IMG/VR virus record: IMGVR_UViG_3300027764_000019
Span: 1 to 31,860 of that record
Reading direction: 5' to 3' (one strand)
Origin: a virus
Taxonomy: Duplodnaviria; Caudoviricetes
Length of the DNA: 31,860 bases
The notes beneath the pieces are model-generated. The model was given only the letters and a program-made list of their open reading frames with translations, ran no database searches and was not told the origin of the DNA. The position numbers were made by a program, and so were the translations under genes. Shown here one piece after another: positions 23,918 to 31,860 of the stretch; the first letter of the stretch is position 1, and each line of letters starts with the position of its first letter.

Positions 23918-23941
23918 ACAGGGGCTGCGGCCCCTGTCTTT
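23918..23941 (+). terminator. Hairpin/weak terminator after the SSB gene
   Basis: ACAGGGGC-TGCG-GCCCCTGT followed by CTTT, abutting the next RBS TAAGGAG. Confidence 0.55.
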
Positions 23942-23952
23942 AAGGAGCACGC

Positions 23953-24294
23953 ATGTACACCAAGAAGATTCAATTTGATGATTACAACAACATGAGGTCA
24001 GCTTCTGCTCTGTTGTGTCCAAATTGCAATGATCCTGCTTTGCACCAGGGCGCTGCGCATACCTTTTGGCGAACGATGGAAGATTCTGAAGTGGGTTTGC
24101 ACACAGTGGCAGGCCAAGACGGGACAACTGTTGATGGCAATCTGACGGGCAACCCTAGCATGAGGCGCGACGGGACTTACCTCGACATGGAGTGCGAGCA
24201 CTGCGGGCCTATCTTTCTCAAGCTGGCGATTTTTCAGCACAAGGGTCATACATTTTTGACTTGGTTTGATGCCACCCTAGAACCAAGTTGGTAA
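23953..24294 (+). CDS. Hypothetical Zn-binding protein
   Basis: CPNC...CEHC; strong RBS; TAATG coupling to the polymerase. Confidence 0.75.
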   Translation: MYTKKIQFDDYNNMRSASALLCPNCNDPALHQGAAHTFWRTMEDSEVGLHTVAGQDGTTVDGNLTGNPSMRRDGTYLDMECEHCGPIFLKLAIFQHKGHTFLTWFDATLEPSW

Positions 24295-26114
24295 TGGACT
24301 ACGTCTTCGACATCGAGACCTTCCCCAACGTGTTTACGTTGGCGGTGGAACATGCGGAGGCGCCGTTGCGCTGGTCCTATGAGATCAGCGACCAGCGCAA
24401 CGACAGTCGCGAGATCGTTGAGTTCCTTGCGTACCTGAAGAGCACCAACAGTCGCATGATTGGGTTCAACAACATCGGGTTCGACTACCCGGTGCTGCAC
24501 ATGCTGCTTCGCATGGGCACATCTAATGCGCAGACTTTGTACGCAAAGGCAATGGCCATCATTGGTGCGGACGATGAGTCCCGGTGGACTCATTACGTCA
24601 AGCCCAGCGAGTGGTTCGTGCAGCAGATTGACCTGTTCAAGATCCATCATTTTGACAACAAGGCCAGGTCTACCAGTCTGAAGATGCTCGAGTTCAACAT
24701 GCGCTCGAGCAGCGTCGAGGAGTTGCCGTTCAAGGTCGGCACCATGCTGACAGCCGAGCAGATCAAGGTGCTCAAGCGGTACAACGCCTATGACGTTGAC
24801 CAGACCAAGGCGTTCCTGCGCAAGTCGACGGACATGATCAGTTTCCGCGAGGAGTTGACTGCCAAGTACCAACGCGACTTTATGAACCACAACGACACGA
24901 AGATCGGCAAGGACTTCTTCGTGATGAAGCTCGAGGAGGCCGGTGTGGACTGCTACGAGTTTGGGCCAGGCGGTCGCACACCCAGGCAGACCAAGCGCCC
25001 GGTGATCTCTCTGAAGGACGCCATCCTGCCGTGGATCACGTTCGAGAACCTTGAGTTCACCAAGGTTCTCAAGTGGCTCAAGGAGCAGGACATCACCGAG
25101 ACCAAGGGTGTGTTCAAGAACCTAGTTGCTTACGTCAAGGACTTTGAGTTTGTATTTGGACTGGGTGGCATCCACGGATCGATTGAGTCCGAGGTGGTTG
25201 AGTCCGATGATGAGTACGTCATCGTTGACCTGGATGTCACCTCGTACTACCCAAACCTTGCCATCACCAATGGGTTCTACCCGGCACATCTGGGCAAGGA
25301 GTTCGTTTCCATCTACAGCAAGCTGTTTGAGCAGCGCAAGACCTACCCCAAGAAATCGGCAGAGTCGGCCATGCTCAAGCTGGCGCTCAACGGGGTCTAC
25401 GGCGACAGCAACAACAAGTTCAGCGTGTTCTACGATCCATTGTTCACCATGAGCATCACGCTCAACGGTCAGTTGCTGCTGTGCCTGTTGGCCGAGTCGC
25501 TGATGAAGATCCCCCTGCGCATCATCCAGGTGAACACCGATGGCCTGACCGTGAGGGTCAGACGGACTGACAAGCACCTTGTCGATGCCGCTCGCACAGC
25601 CTGGCAGCACAAGACCGGCCTGAACCTCGAGGAGGCGATCTACAAGACCATGATGGTGCGCGATGTGAACAACTACATCGCCCACTACGAGGACGGGTCT
25701 GTGAAGCGCAAGGGTTGCTACGAGTGGGAGATGGAGTGGCACCAGAACCACGGGGCACTGGTGGTTGCCAGGGTCACCGAGAAGGTTCTTACCGATGGCG
25801 TGTCCATCCGCAAGACGCTGCGTGAATGGCCGGACATCATGGACTTCATGCTTCGCACCAAGGTGCCCCGCAACAGCTACCTGTCCTGGGGCAACGAGAA
25901 GATGCAGAACATCACCCGGTACTACATTGCCAAGGGTGGCAAGCCTCTGATCAAGTGGATGCCACCACTCAAGGGCAACACCGAGTGGCGCCAGATCTCC
26001 ATTGAGTCGGGCTGGAACGTGCAGCCCTGCAACGACATCAAGGATGCCGTGCTGCCGGTGGACTTCGAGTACTACATCAGAGAGATCGAGAAACTCACAC
26101 TGGGGATTGCGTGA
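24294..26114 (+). CDS. Family B DNA polymerase with 3'-5' exonuclease
   Basis: ExoI DIET, ExoII GFNNIGFD, ExoIII YNAYDV; motif A DVTSYYP, motif B KLALNGVYG, motif C NTDG. Confidence 0.9.
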   Translation: MDYVFDIETFPNVFTLAVEHAEAPLRWSYEISDQRNDSREIVEFLAYLKSTNSRMIGFNNIGFDYPVLHMLLRMGTSNAQTLYAKAMAIIGADDESRWTHYVKPSEWFVQQIDLFKIHHFDNKARSTSLKMLEFNMRSSSVEELPFKVGTMLTAEQIKVLKRYNAYDVDQTKAFLRKSTDMISFREELTAKYQRDFMNHNDTKIGKDFFVMKLEEAGVDCYEFGPGGRTPRQTKRPVISLKDAILPWITFENLEFTKVLKWLKEQDITETKGVFKNLVAYVKDFEFVFGLGGIHGSIESEVVESDDEYVIVDLDVTSYYPNLAITNGFYPAHLGKEFVSIYSKLFEQRKTYPKKSAESAMLKLALNGVYGDSNNKFSVFYDPLFTMSITLNGQLLLCLLAESLMKIPLRIIQVNTDGLTVRVRRTDKHLVDAARTAWQHKTGLNLEEAIYKTMMVRDVNNYIAHYEDGSVKRKGCYEWEMEWHQNHGALVVARVTEKVLTDGVSIRKTLREWPDIMDFMLRTKVPRNSYLSWGNEKMQNITRYYIAKGGKPLIKWMPPLKGNTEWRQISIESGWNVQPCNDIKDAVLPVDFEYYIREIEKLTLGIA

Positions 26115-26404
26115 TGCTTGAGAAACAAATTGAAGCCAAGGTCTGCGACTACGCTAAGGATCGCGGGCTGCTGGCCTACAAGTTTACCAGTCCGGCCCGA
26201 GCCGCTGTGCCTGACCGTCTATTCGTGCTGCCCAACGGTCGCATGTTCTTCTGCGAGTTCAAGCGCAGCGGGCAGAAGCCTACGCTTGCACAAGACCGCG
26301 AGCACACCAGGCTGCGCGGACACAAGGTCAATGTCTGGGTCATCGATGGGGTTAACGAGGGCTTGCGCATGATTGACGAGATGATGGAATATGCTAACCC
26401 CTGA
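26114..26404 (+). CDS. VRR-NUC domain nuclease
   Basis: EKQIE..KFTSP..VPDR..FCEFK..KPT..Q pattern; lies between polymerase and helicase. Confidence 0.88.
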   Translation: MLEKQIEAKVCDYAKDRGLLAYKFTSPARAAVPDRLFVLPNGRMFFCEFKRSGQKPTLAQDREHTRLRGHKVNVWVIDGVNEGLRMIDEMMEYANP

Positions 26405-27797
26405 GATCCTGTTCGACTACCAGAAGAAGGCGGTCAACTTCCAATGCGTTCACCCCCACTCGATGTTGTGGCTGGACATGGGTCTGGGCAAAACCGTCGT
26501 CACCCTGACTGCGATGGCGCACTTGATCCGTACCGCGTTCCTGCGCGGCGTGATCATCGTTGCACCCATCCGGGTCATCCGACTGGTCTGGCGCCAAGAG
26601 GCTGCGAAGTGGAACCACACCAGTCACCTGAAGTTCAGCATGGTCACAGGCACTAAGGATCAACGCACACGGGCGCTGCTGCGACCTGCTGATGTGTACC
26701 TGATTAACTACGAGAACCTGGGCTGGCTGGCTGAAACGCTCCAGACCTACTTCGTCAAGAAGGACCGTCTGCTGCCGTTTAACGGGATTGTCTGGGATGA
26801 GATCAGCAAGATGAAGAACAGCGCGACCAACCGGGTCAAGGCGTTCCGCAAGATCGCTGACAAGTTCGACTGGACTACCGGCCTGACCGGCACCCCTGCC
26901 AGCAACGGGTACAAGGATTTGCATGGTCAGTTCCTGGTGGTCGACAGGGGCGAGCGACTGGGCACATCGAAGACAGCGTTTCGCACCAGGTTCTATCGCA
27001 AGGTGGGACCGTACAAAGAACTGCCCTACGAGGACACCGAGGACACCATCAAGAAGCTGATTGGCGACATCACACTCGAGATGAGCGCAGAGGACTACAA
27101 CCCGCTGCCAGACCTGATGATCAACAACCTCGACATCGAAATGCCCGAAGATCTGCGGGCCAAGTACGACAAGTTGGAGCGGGAGTTCTTCTTGCAGCTT
27201 GACAGCGGCAAAGAGGTCGAGGTGTTCAACCAGGCGGCGCTGACCAACAAGTGTTTGCAATTTGCCAACGGTGCCATGTACCCGATTGCCGGGATGCCGT
27301 TGTGGGAGCCGATCCATGATCTGAAGCTCGAGGCACTTGAGGAGATCCTAGACGAGGCTCAAGGCTCGCCTGTCCTGTGCTCGTATGCCTACAGGTCAGA
27401 CGCCCAGCGCATCATGGATCGGTTCAAGCACCTGGACCCTATCAACTTGACCGAGTGCAAGAGCGAAGCGTCGTTGGTCGATGCCATGCACCGCTGGAAG
27501 ACTGGTGACTGCTCCCTGATGATTGGTCACCCGGCATCGATGGGGCACGGCATCGATGGTCTTCAAAGTACCGGGCACATCCTTGTTTGGTACGGGCTGA
27601 ACTGGTCGCTGGATCTGTACGAGCAGTTCAACGCTCGAGTGCGCCGCCAAGGTCAAGGGGTGCCGGTGATCTGTCATCGCATCCTGATGCAAGACACACT
27701 CGACCAAGCACAAGCACAGGCTCTCGATATGAAGGCCACCACCCAGGCTGGGCTGCGCAACGCGGTCAAGCAGTACAGACAATCAAAGGGAGTTTGA
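26391..27797 (+). CDS. SNF2-related SF2 helicase
   Basis: LDMGLGKT, INYEN, WDEIS, LTGTP, GHGIDGLQ, QFNARVRRQGQ. Confidence 0.92.
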   Translation: MLTPEILFDYQKKAVNFQCVHPHSMLWLDMGLGKTVVTLTAMAHLIRTAFLRGVIIVAPIRVIRLVWRQEAAKWNHTSHLKFSMVTGTKDQRTRALLRPADVYLINYENLGWLAETLQTYFVKKDRLLPFNGIVWDEISKMKNSATNRVKAFRKIADKFDWTTGLTGTPASNGYKDLHGQFLVVDRGERLGTSKTAFRTRFYRKVGPYKELPYEDTEDTIKKLIGDITLEMSAEDYNPLPDLMINNLDIEMPEDLRAKYDKLEREFFLQLDSGKEVEVFNQAALTNKCLQFANGAMYPIAGMPLWEPIHDLKLEALEEILDEAQGSPVLCSYAYRSDAQRIMDRFKHLDPINLTECKSEASLVDAMHRWKTGDCSLMIGHPASMGHGIDGLQSTGHILVWYGLNWSLDLYEQFNARVRRQGQGVPVICHRILMQDTLDQAQAQALDMKATTQAGLRNAVKQYRQSKGV

Positions 27798-27998
27798 ATG
27801 AGAAAACCGCCAAGCATCGGCTGGTGGCCAACTGGGGGCCATAGCGTCAGTTGGTGGAATGGAGAGCACTGGAGTTGGCCTTGTCTTGACACGGACAGCA
27901 TCCGGCAGGTGACGCGGTACAGCAGCAAGATTGACACCGCGAAGAACATCAAGTGGTATCCAAGGCCAGACAACTGGCCAGAAAGGAGCAAGACATGA
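27798..27998 (+). CDS. Hypothetical Trp-rich protein, 66 aa
   Basis: GGGAG RBS; PPSIGWWP..WWNGEHWS. Confidence 0.7.
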   Translation: MRKPPSIGWWPTGGHSVSWWNGEHWSWPCLDTDSIRQVTRYSSKIDTAKNIKWYPRPDNWPERSKT

Positions 27999-28099
27999 AA
28001 GACAGAGAAGAGTACTTCTGCCGCGCTGCGGCCCGCCAAAGCCTGTTCTGCGCAGTGTGGATCGTCGCCCTAGTGGCGTTGATTGCGTGCCTAGCGTGA
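27995..28099 (+). CDS. 34-aa membrane peptide (MKDREEYFCRAAARQSLFCAVWIVALVALIACLA)
   Basis: Manual ORF; AAGGAG RBS; ATGA and GTGA couplings at both ends. Confidence 0.65.
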   Translation: MKDREEYFCRAAARQSLFCAVWIVALVALIACLA

Positions 28100-28227
28100 C
28101 GCACATCGGATGGATGGTCAGCGAAGGCGAGGTTTGCATCCTGCTCACTAGGCGCCGCGAAGAGATGCAGTACTGGGTGGACCGTGGATGCACTGCGGTG
28201 CCGTTGTATGCAATGCCCCCGCTGTAA
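28096..28227 (+). CDS. Hypothetical protein, 43 aa (MTHIGWMVSEGEV...VPLYAMPPL)
   Basis: GTGA coupling to the upstream stop; 3' part of track ORF 27931-28227. Confidence 0.55.
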   Translation: MTHIGWMVSEGEVCILLTRRREEMQYWVDRGCTAVPLYAMPPL

Positions 28228-28447
28228 CGCGCCAGCCGGCGTGCTTTCAACTCGGGCCGCGCCCGACAATTCAACCAGAAGGAGATACCAGTGTTACAAC
28301 AACCACCGGTTCAGCACAACGGAACAACTCGCCGTTTCTGTAGATCGCTTGACGAAGCCTTCGGCGGCGACGGTTACGCCATCACCCACTACCGAAACCG
28401 GTGGAGCGGGGTCAACCGCGCCGTGGTTTTTGTTCTCTGGGTTTTAA
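28208..28447 (+). CDS. NrdR-N-terminal-like zinc-ribbon protein
   Basis: MQCPRC...STR....RRRYQCYNNHRFSTTE matches the CPxC..RRRxC..RFxTxE ribbon. Confidence 0.7.
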   Translation: MQCPRCNAPAGVLSTRAAPDNSTRRRYQCYNNHRFSTTEQLAVSVDRLTKPSAATVTPSPTTETGGAGSTAPWFLFSGF

Positions 28448-28479
28448 TCCTTGCATGGGGAGCAACATTGTGGACTTGA
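28291..28479 (+). CDS. Hypothetical protein with C-terminal TM helix (overlaps the zinc-ribbon gene)
   Basis: AAGGAG-6 nt-GTG; TTRRFCRSLDEAFG; hydrophobic C-terminus; stop overlaps the lysozyme start. Confidence 0.55.
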   Translation: MLQQPPVQHNGTTRRFCRSLDEAFGGDGYAITHYRNRWSGVNRAVVFVLWVLILAWGATLWT

Positions 28480-28892
28480 AGAGCCAACTGCTACGCGACG
28501 AGGGCACCGAGTCCTGCGCCTACCAGGATTCGCTCGGGTACTGGACGATCGGCGTCGGGCGCCTGATCGACGCGCGCAAGGGCGGCGGCCTGTCGAACGA
28601 AGAGATCGACTACCTGCTCGACAACGACATCAAGGCCAAGACCGCCGAGGTCCTGCGAGCCCTGCCGTGGATGCCCAGACTGTCCGAGCCGCGCCAGGCC
28701 GTGCTGATTGGCATGGCGTTTCAGATGGGTTTGAAAGGCCTGCTTCAATTCAAGCGCGCCCTCGGCAGCATCGAGGATGGGCAGTACGCTGAGGCGGCGG
28801 TTGAAATGTTGGAAAGCAAGTGGGGCAATCAGACGCCTGAGCGGGCGTACAGGATGGCGCAACAGATGGAGACAGGCGAATGGATCCCCTAA
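28470..28892 (+). CDS. Endolysin, T4-lysozyme-like (GH24)
   Basis: E-x8-D-x5-T triad in RDEGTESCAYQDSLGYWTIG; MAFQMG, SKW..QTPERA; GGGAG RBS before GTG 28470. Confidence 0.9.
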   Translation: MDLKSQLLRDEGTESCAYQDSLGYWTIGVGRLIDARKGGGLSNEEIDYLLDNDIKAKTAEVLRALPWMPRLSEPRQAVLIGMAFQMGLKGLLQFKRALGSIEDGQYAEAAVEMLESKWGNQTPERAYRMAQQMETGEWIP

Positions 28893-29257
28893 CCGCAGGC
28901 GTCGAACTGGCGCAAACCGTTATCACCCGCATCTGGCCGGACAAGTCAGCAGCCGAGGCAGCGCAGCTAGCTGCCCAGGTTGCCATTGTTCAAGGCCAAC
29001 TCGATGTGAACCGAGCCGAGGCGTCGAGCCCCAGCGCGTTCACGAGCGGCTGGCGCCCAGCGATCGGATGGGTCTGCGCGTCGGCGCTGGCCTGTCAATA
29101 TATTGCCAGACCGCTAGTGCAGTGGACCGGCATTGTGCTCGATCATCCTTTGCCGACGCTGCCTGGCATCGACGATAACCTCTGGCAGTTGATGTTGGGA
29201 ATGCTGGGTCTTGGTGGGTTGCGCACGTTTGAGAAGACAAAGGGGGTTGCGTCGTGA
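28880..29257 (+). CDS. Holin, 3-TM (GTA-holin-like) family
   Basis: SGWRPAIGWVC and LGMLGLGGLRTFEKTKGV motifs; adjacent to the lysozyme. Confidence 0.8.
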   Translation: MDPLTAGVELAQTVITRIWPDKSAAEAAQLAAQVAIVQGQLDVNRAEASSPSAFTSGWRPAIGWVCASALACQYIARPLVQWTGIVLDHPLPTLPGIDDNLWQLMLGMLGLGGLRTFEKTKGVAS

Positions 29258-29484
29258 CCGATGAACGCATTGCCGAACTGATGGGGTGGCGTTGGCCAAC
29301 TAGCCTCCACCCTGACGACATGCTTGCGAAGGTCCGGGCAGTTGTACGCGAAGCTGTACGCACTGATGCATTTGCAGACCGATGCAAGCTGGCAACGGAC
29401 TGCCTGCCTCAGTCACCCTACCGGGCGATGCTGGAGAACCTGCATCAAGAGATGTTGGGCATTAAACAGAGGGTTGAGCCATGA
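29254..29484 (+). CDS. Hypothetical protein (MTDERIAELM...VEP)
   Basis: GTGA/ATGA coupled; first member of the MNER junction array. Confidence 0.7.
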   Translation: MTDERIAELMGWRWPTSLHPDDMLAKVRAVVREAVRTDAFADRCKLATDCLPQSPYRAMLENLHQEMLGIKQRVEP

Positions 29485-29681
29485 ACGAACGAATCCGGAA
29501 GTTTATGCAGGAGTGCTTTGACGTTACGGTTGACCACCGTGGGCGTGAGGAATGCACTGCCGACTATATCAACGTGCAGAAGTTCGCCGACCGTATCGTC
29601 CGGGAGTGCGCCGAGTTGAGCACCAACTATTCCGGTAACGTCAAGTTGCTGATCTGTAACCATTTTGGGATTGAGCCATGA
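29481..29681 (+). CDS. 'MNERI' family small protein, copy 1
   Basis: MNERI...KFADRIVRECAEL...LICNHFGIEP. Confidence 0.8.
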   Translation: MNERIRKFMQECFDVTVDHRGREECTADYINVQKFADRIVRECAELSTNYSGNVKLLICNHFGIEP

Positions 29682-29881
29682 ACGAACGAATTAAAGAAAT
29701 ACTTGCCCAACCTGAGCTTGAGCGGCTGAACGATTGGGCCAGCATTGGTCCGGTGCAACGGGTCGCGCTGGAAGAGTTTGCCGAGTTGATTGTGAAAAAG
29801 TGCGCTGAACTTGCGGAGGAATGTTACTGCGGCGATACCGTTAAGTCTTTGATACTGAACCATTTTGGACTTGAGCCATGA
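29678..29881 (+). CDS. 'MNERI' family small protein, copy 2
   Basis: MNERI...EFAELIVKKCAEL...LILNHFGLEP. Confidence 0.8.
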   Translation: MNERIKEILAQPELERLNDWASIGPVQRVALEEFAELIVKKCAELAEECYCGDTVKSLILNHFGLEP

Positions 29882-30282
29882 ACGAGCGCGCTGCGTTTGA
29901 AGCGTGGGCCAATAAACATTGGGGCAACTCTGCGTATCTGCACAAGAGCGCTACCTGCGGGGAGTGGGATGCGTGGCAGGCTGGGCGTGTTGATCTGCCG
30001 GTGCTGCTGGCGCAGGTTGACAGCTTGCGAACCGCCCTGCAACGGGTGCTAGACGCGAGAAACAGCAAAACGGAAGTGCAGGCCCGCATGTTGCTACTGA
30101 CGCTGAAAAGATTTGGAGTAGGAGAAACCGTAATGTCATGCGACTGGGGGAAAACTGAAGGGGAGGAAGACCTACCCGAACCTGAACACATTAATAACGA
30201 AACCTGCTGGTGTGAGCCTGAATTAGATTACACAGACCCTGATACGGGAGTATCGGTATATGTTCACCGGGGAACGCAATGA
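29878..30282 (+). CDS. Hypothetical protein (MNERAAFEAW...), probably modular
   Basis: ATGA coupled; internal LKRFGVGE and a C-terminal H..CWCEP..VHR segment. Confidence 0.7.
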   Translation: MNERAAFEAWANKHWGNSAYLHKSATCGEWDAWQAGRVDLPVLLAQVDSLRTALQRVLDARNSKTEVQARMLLLTLKRFGVGETVMSCDWGKTEGEEDLPEPEHINNETCWCEPELDYTDPDTGVSVYVHRGTQ

Positions 30283-30479
30283 CTGAAACCGAACGCAAGT
30301 TAGACCTCCTGCTGGGCGATGCCCTAGCAGAAAATGAGCGGCTGCGGCGAGAGTTGAAGTACCAAGACGCCAGGGAAGGCCACATCGGTACGCACGGCCC
30401 AGACTGCTGGGCATGGGGGCCGAAGCATTACGACTGCGCCATAAGGCATATCAACTCAATGACGGATGACGGAAAATGA
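30279..30479 (+). CDS. Hypothetical protein, coiled coil plus H/C motif
   Basis: ENERLRREL..GTHGPDCWAWGPKHYDCA. Confidence 0.7.
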   Translation: MTETERKLDLLLGDALAENERLRRELKYQDAREGHIGTHGPDCWAWGPKHYDCAIRHINSMTDDGK

Positions 30480-30715
30480 AATACCAACAACCATTGCCGG
30501 ACACACCGTTGGAGAGCGTATACAACCCACCGCACTACAAGCAAGGCAAGATTGAGTGCATCGAGGCTATTCAGTCGGCGTTGACTGAAGAAGAGTTTCG
30601 GGGCTACTGCAAAGGCAACGCCATGAAATACATCTGGCGCGAGCGGCACAAGGGTGGCACCGAGTCCATTGAAAAAGCGGCGTGGTATTTAGACTACATG
30701 ATGAAGTGCGTGTGA
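30476..30715 (+). CDS. DUF3310 (SaV-like) protein
   Basis: NPPHY..GKIECIEAI...YCKGNAMKYIWR..HKGG.ESIEKAAWYL. Confidence 0.88.
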   Translation: MKYQQPLPDTPLESVYNPPHYKQGKIECIEAIQSALTEEEFRGYCKGNAMKYIWRERHKGGTESIEKAAWYLDYMMKCV

Positions 30716-31122
30716 TGCACCCTGACACCGAATTGCTCATGCACCTTGCCGCCAACTTGGTGCGCGAGTACCCAAACGGCGTCAGCACGGTCGACATGCA
30801 TCTACGCATGGCGATCTCGCTGGACAAGGCCCGCAAGATTCTGTGCTTCGCCCGCAAGGCGCGGCTGCTGGGCGTGGCCGGTAGCGGCGTCACCGCTCGA
30901 TGGGCATCGCCTGAGCGAGCGGCAGAGCTAGACGCTGGCCGATGGACGAAGCGCAAGCTGCAGCACAAGGCCTGTCGGGACCGTAGGACCGCGAGGCTCG
31001 CTGCCCGCCAGGCCGCATCAGAACTGGCGCCAAAGCGGGTAGCCAAACCTTTCAAAATTCACGCGCCCAACAGCGTGTGGCAACTAGCGGACTTTCCATG
31101 CGACCAACTAAAGCAGCGATAG
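30715..31122 (+). CDS. Hypothetical basic protein, possible winged-helix N-terminus
   Basis: TGATG coupling; YPNGVSTVDM..SLDKARKIL..LLGV; C-terminal PNSVWQL. Confidence 0.6.
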   Translation: MHPDTELLMHLAANLVREYPNGVSTVDMHLRMAISLDKARKILCFARKARLLGVAGSGVTARWASPERAAELDAGRWTKRKLQHKACRDRRTARLAARQAASELAPKRVAKPFKIHAPNSVWQLADFPCDQLKQR

Positions 31123-31319
31123 ACGCTATCAGGGACGCCTACATGGCTGACGTTTTGACGATCAGAGCGCACATCCTGGCGCTCAATGATCCGCATTTAG
31201 AAGATGCCTGGGCCGGCATTGAGACGTTCGCTGCGGTGGCGCTGCGGGTGATGGCGAAGACCAACCCTAGCAAGCTCAAGAGCGAGATGGTGACTGTGGG
31301 GATTTCGGCGCTGCTATGA
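31098..31319 (+). CDS. Hypothetical protein, 73 aa
   Basis: Last + strand ORF; converges on the - strand gene with a 6-nt overlap. Confidence 0.6.
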   Translation: MRPTKAAIDAIRDAYMADVLTIRAHILALNDPHLEDAWAGIETFAAVALRVMAKTNPSKLKSEMVTVGISALL

Positions 31320-31550
31320 CCTGTCGACCTTGCTATCCAACTTATCAAAGATGCGCGCCAGCATGTCTTTGATTTCCTTAAGGTCCGACCTGTAATCGTC
31401 GCGGGTGACGTAGGTCTTGGGTAGCTCGACCGACAGGCGGGTCAGGTCGGACTGGAGCAACTTGACAGAAGTCCACAATTCTCTTGCAAACCAGCCGGTG
31501 ACAGCACAGGAGATGCCGAGGCCGGTGTTGAACAGGGACTGGTAATCCAT
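31314..31550 (-). CDS. N-terminal TM plus coiled-coil protein (possible lysis accessory)
   Basis: Hydrophobic N-terminus ending GWF..LW, then LPKTYVTRDDYR...IFDKLDSK. Confidence 0.7.
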   Translation of the reverse strand: MDYQSLFNTGLGISCAVTGWFARELWTSVKLLQSDLTRLSVELPKTYVTRDDYRSDLKEIKDMLARIFDKLDSKVDRS

Positions 31551-31798
31551 CAGATCATCCTTGCAAGTAGAGGCGCCGCCCCACCGGCGCAGGTTGCTAG
31601 GGCATCAAGCCATTCTACCCCGTGCGTGGGCCTCTCTGACCGTTGGTTGGAGAGCCAGTCCATCACCTCCTTGCCCACTGCGGCAAGCACCACGAGGCCA
31701 TAGGCTGCGTCAGGGCGGCGCAGGACCGCTAGGGCCAGCAGGAAGATCAACGCGCCGTAGATGGCGTGGTTGGCTTTATCTTGCGGGAGCGAGGGCAT
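31550..31798 (-). CDS. Small multi-TM membrane protein (start ATG 31798)
   Basis: AGGAGG RBS; DKANHAIYG..VGKEVMD..DALATCAGG. Confidence 0.75.
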   Translation of the reverse strand: MPSLPQDKANHAIYGALIFLLALAVLRRPDAAYGLVVLAAVGKEVMDWLSNQRSERPTHGVEWLDALATCAGGAAPLLARMI

Positions 31799-31860
31799 TT
31801 GAGCCTCCTGATTCGTCGCGCCCGATGCCGCCAATGGTGATGCGCGGCGTAAGCGCGTTG
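31776..31860 (-). CDS. C-terminal fragment of an upstream gene, possibly an ejection/DNA-transfer protein
   Basis: Open frame NALTPRITIGGIGRDESGGSNALAPAR* entering from the right edge. Confidence 0.4.
   Translation of the reverse strand, partial: NALTPRITIGGIGRDESGGSNALAPAR

Larger units (their letters stand above)
29474..29885 (+). repeat. Three copies of the junction TTGAGCCATGAACGA
   Basis: At 29474, 29671 and 29871; 21 nt identical for the first two; AACCATTTTGG shared at 29658 and 29858. Confidence 0.9.

Noticed and set aside
1-31860. Stop-codon reassignment or tRNA genes
   Set aside because: Core genes are intact in the standard code; TAA, TGA and TAG all end genes; no cloverleaf recognised by eye.

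Overview
About 32 kb of a tailed dsDNA phage genome with podovirus-type (P22-like) morphogenesis genes, apparently a partial or permuted slice. The left arm (- strand, 1-15400) is the late operon: terS, terL, portal, a ferritin/Dps-like gene, an AT-richer LamG-plus-propeller insert with a partner gene, scaffold, P22-type coat, gp4-like adaptor, gp10-like hub, a fibre-like gene and a tailspike running off the left edge. A ~700-bp non-coding block (15440-16120) packed with tandem and inverted repeats is a candidate origin or packaging terminus. It is followed by a + strand array of about ten small genes (16124-18728) joined by a conserved (TAACCCG/TAACCCTG)n-RBS module, several with CTGGCA..TGCCAG hairpins; this stretch is also CpG-poor. 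A Prim-Pol/PriCT-2/DUF3987-type primase-helicase (-) diverges from an RHH regulator and a replication module (DUF2800-like nuclease, DUF2815-like SSB, family B polymerase, VRR-NUC, SNF2). After that come small genes, a T4-type lysozyme plus 3-TM holin, and a second junction-repeat array of 'MNER...HFGxEP' paralogues. The far right holds the convergent end of a - strand operon. No integrase, reverse transcriptase, tRNA or CRISPR array was seen. The most unusual signals are the two cassette-like small-gene arrays, the hypervariable propeller in the head module and a probable ATT start on the gp10-like gene. All family calls come from motif recognition, not database searches.
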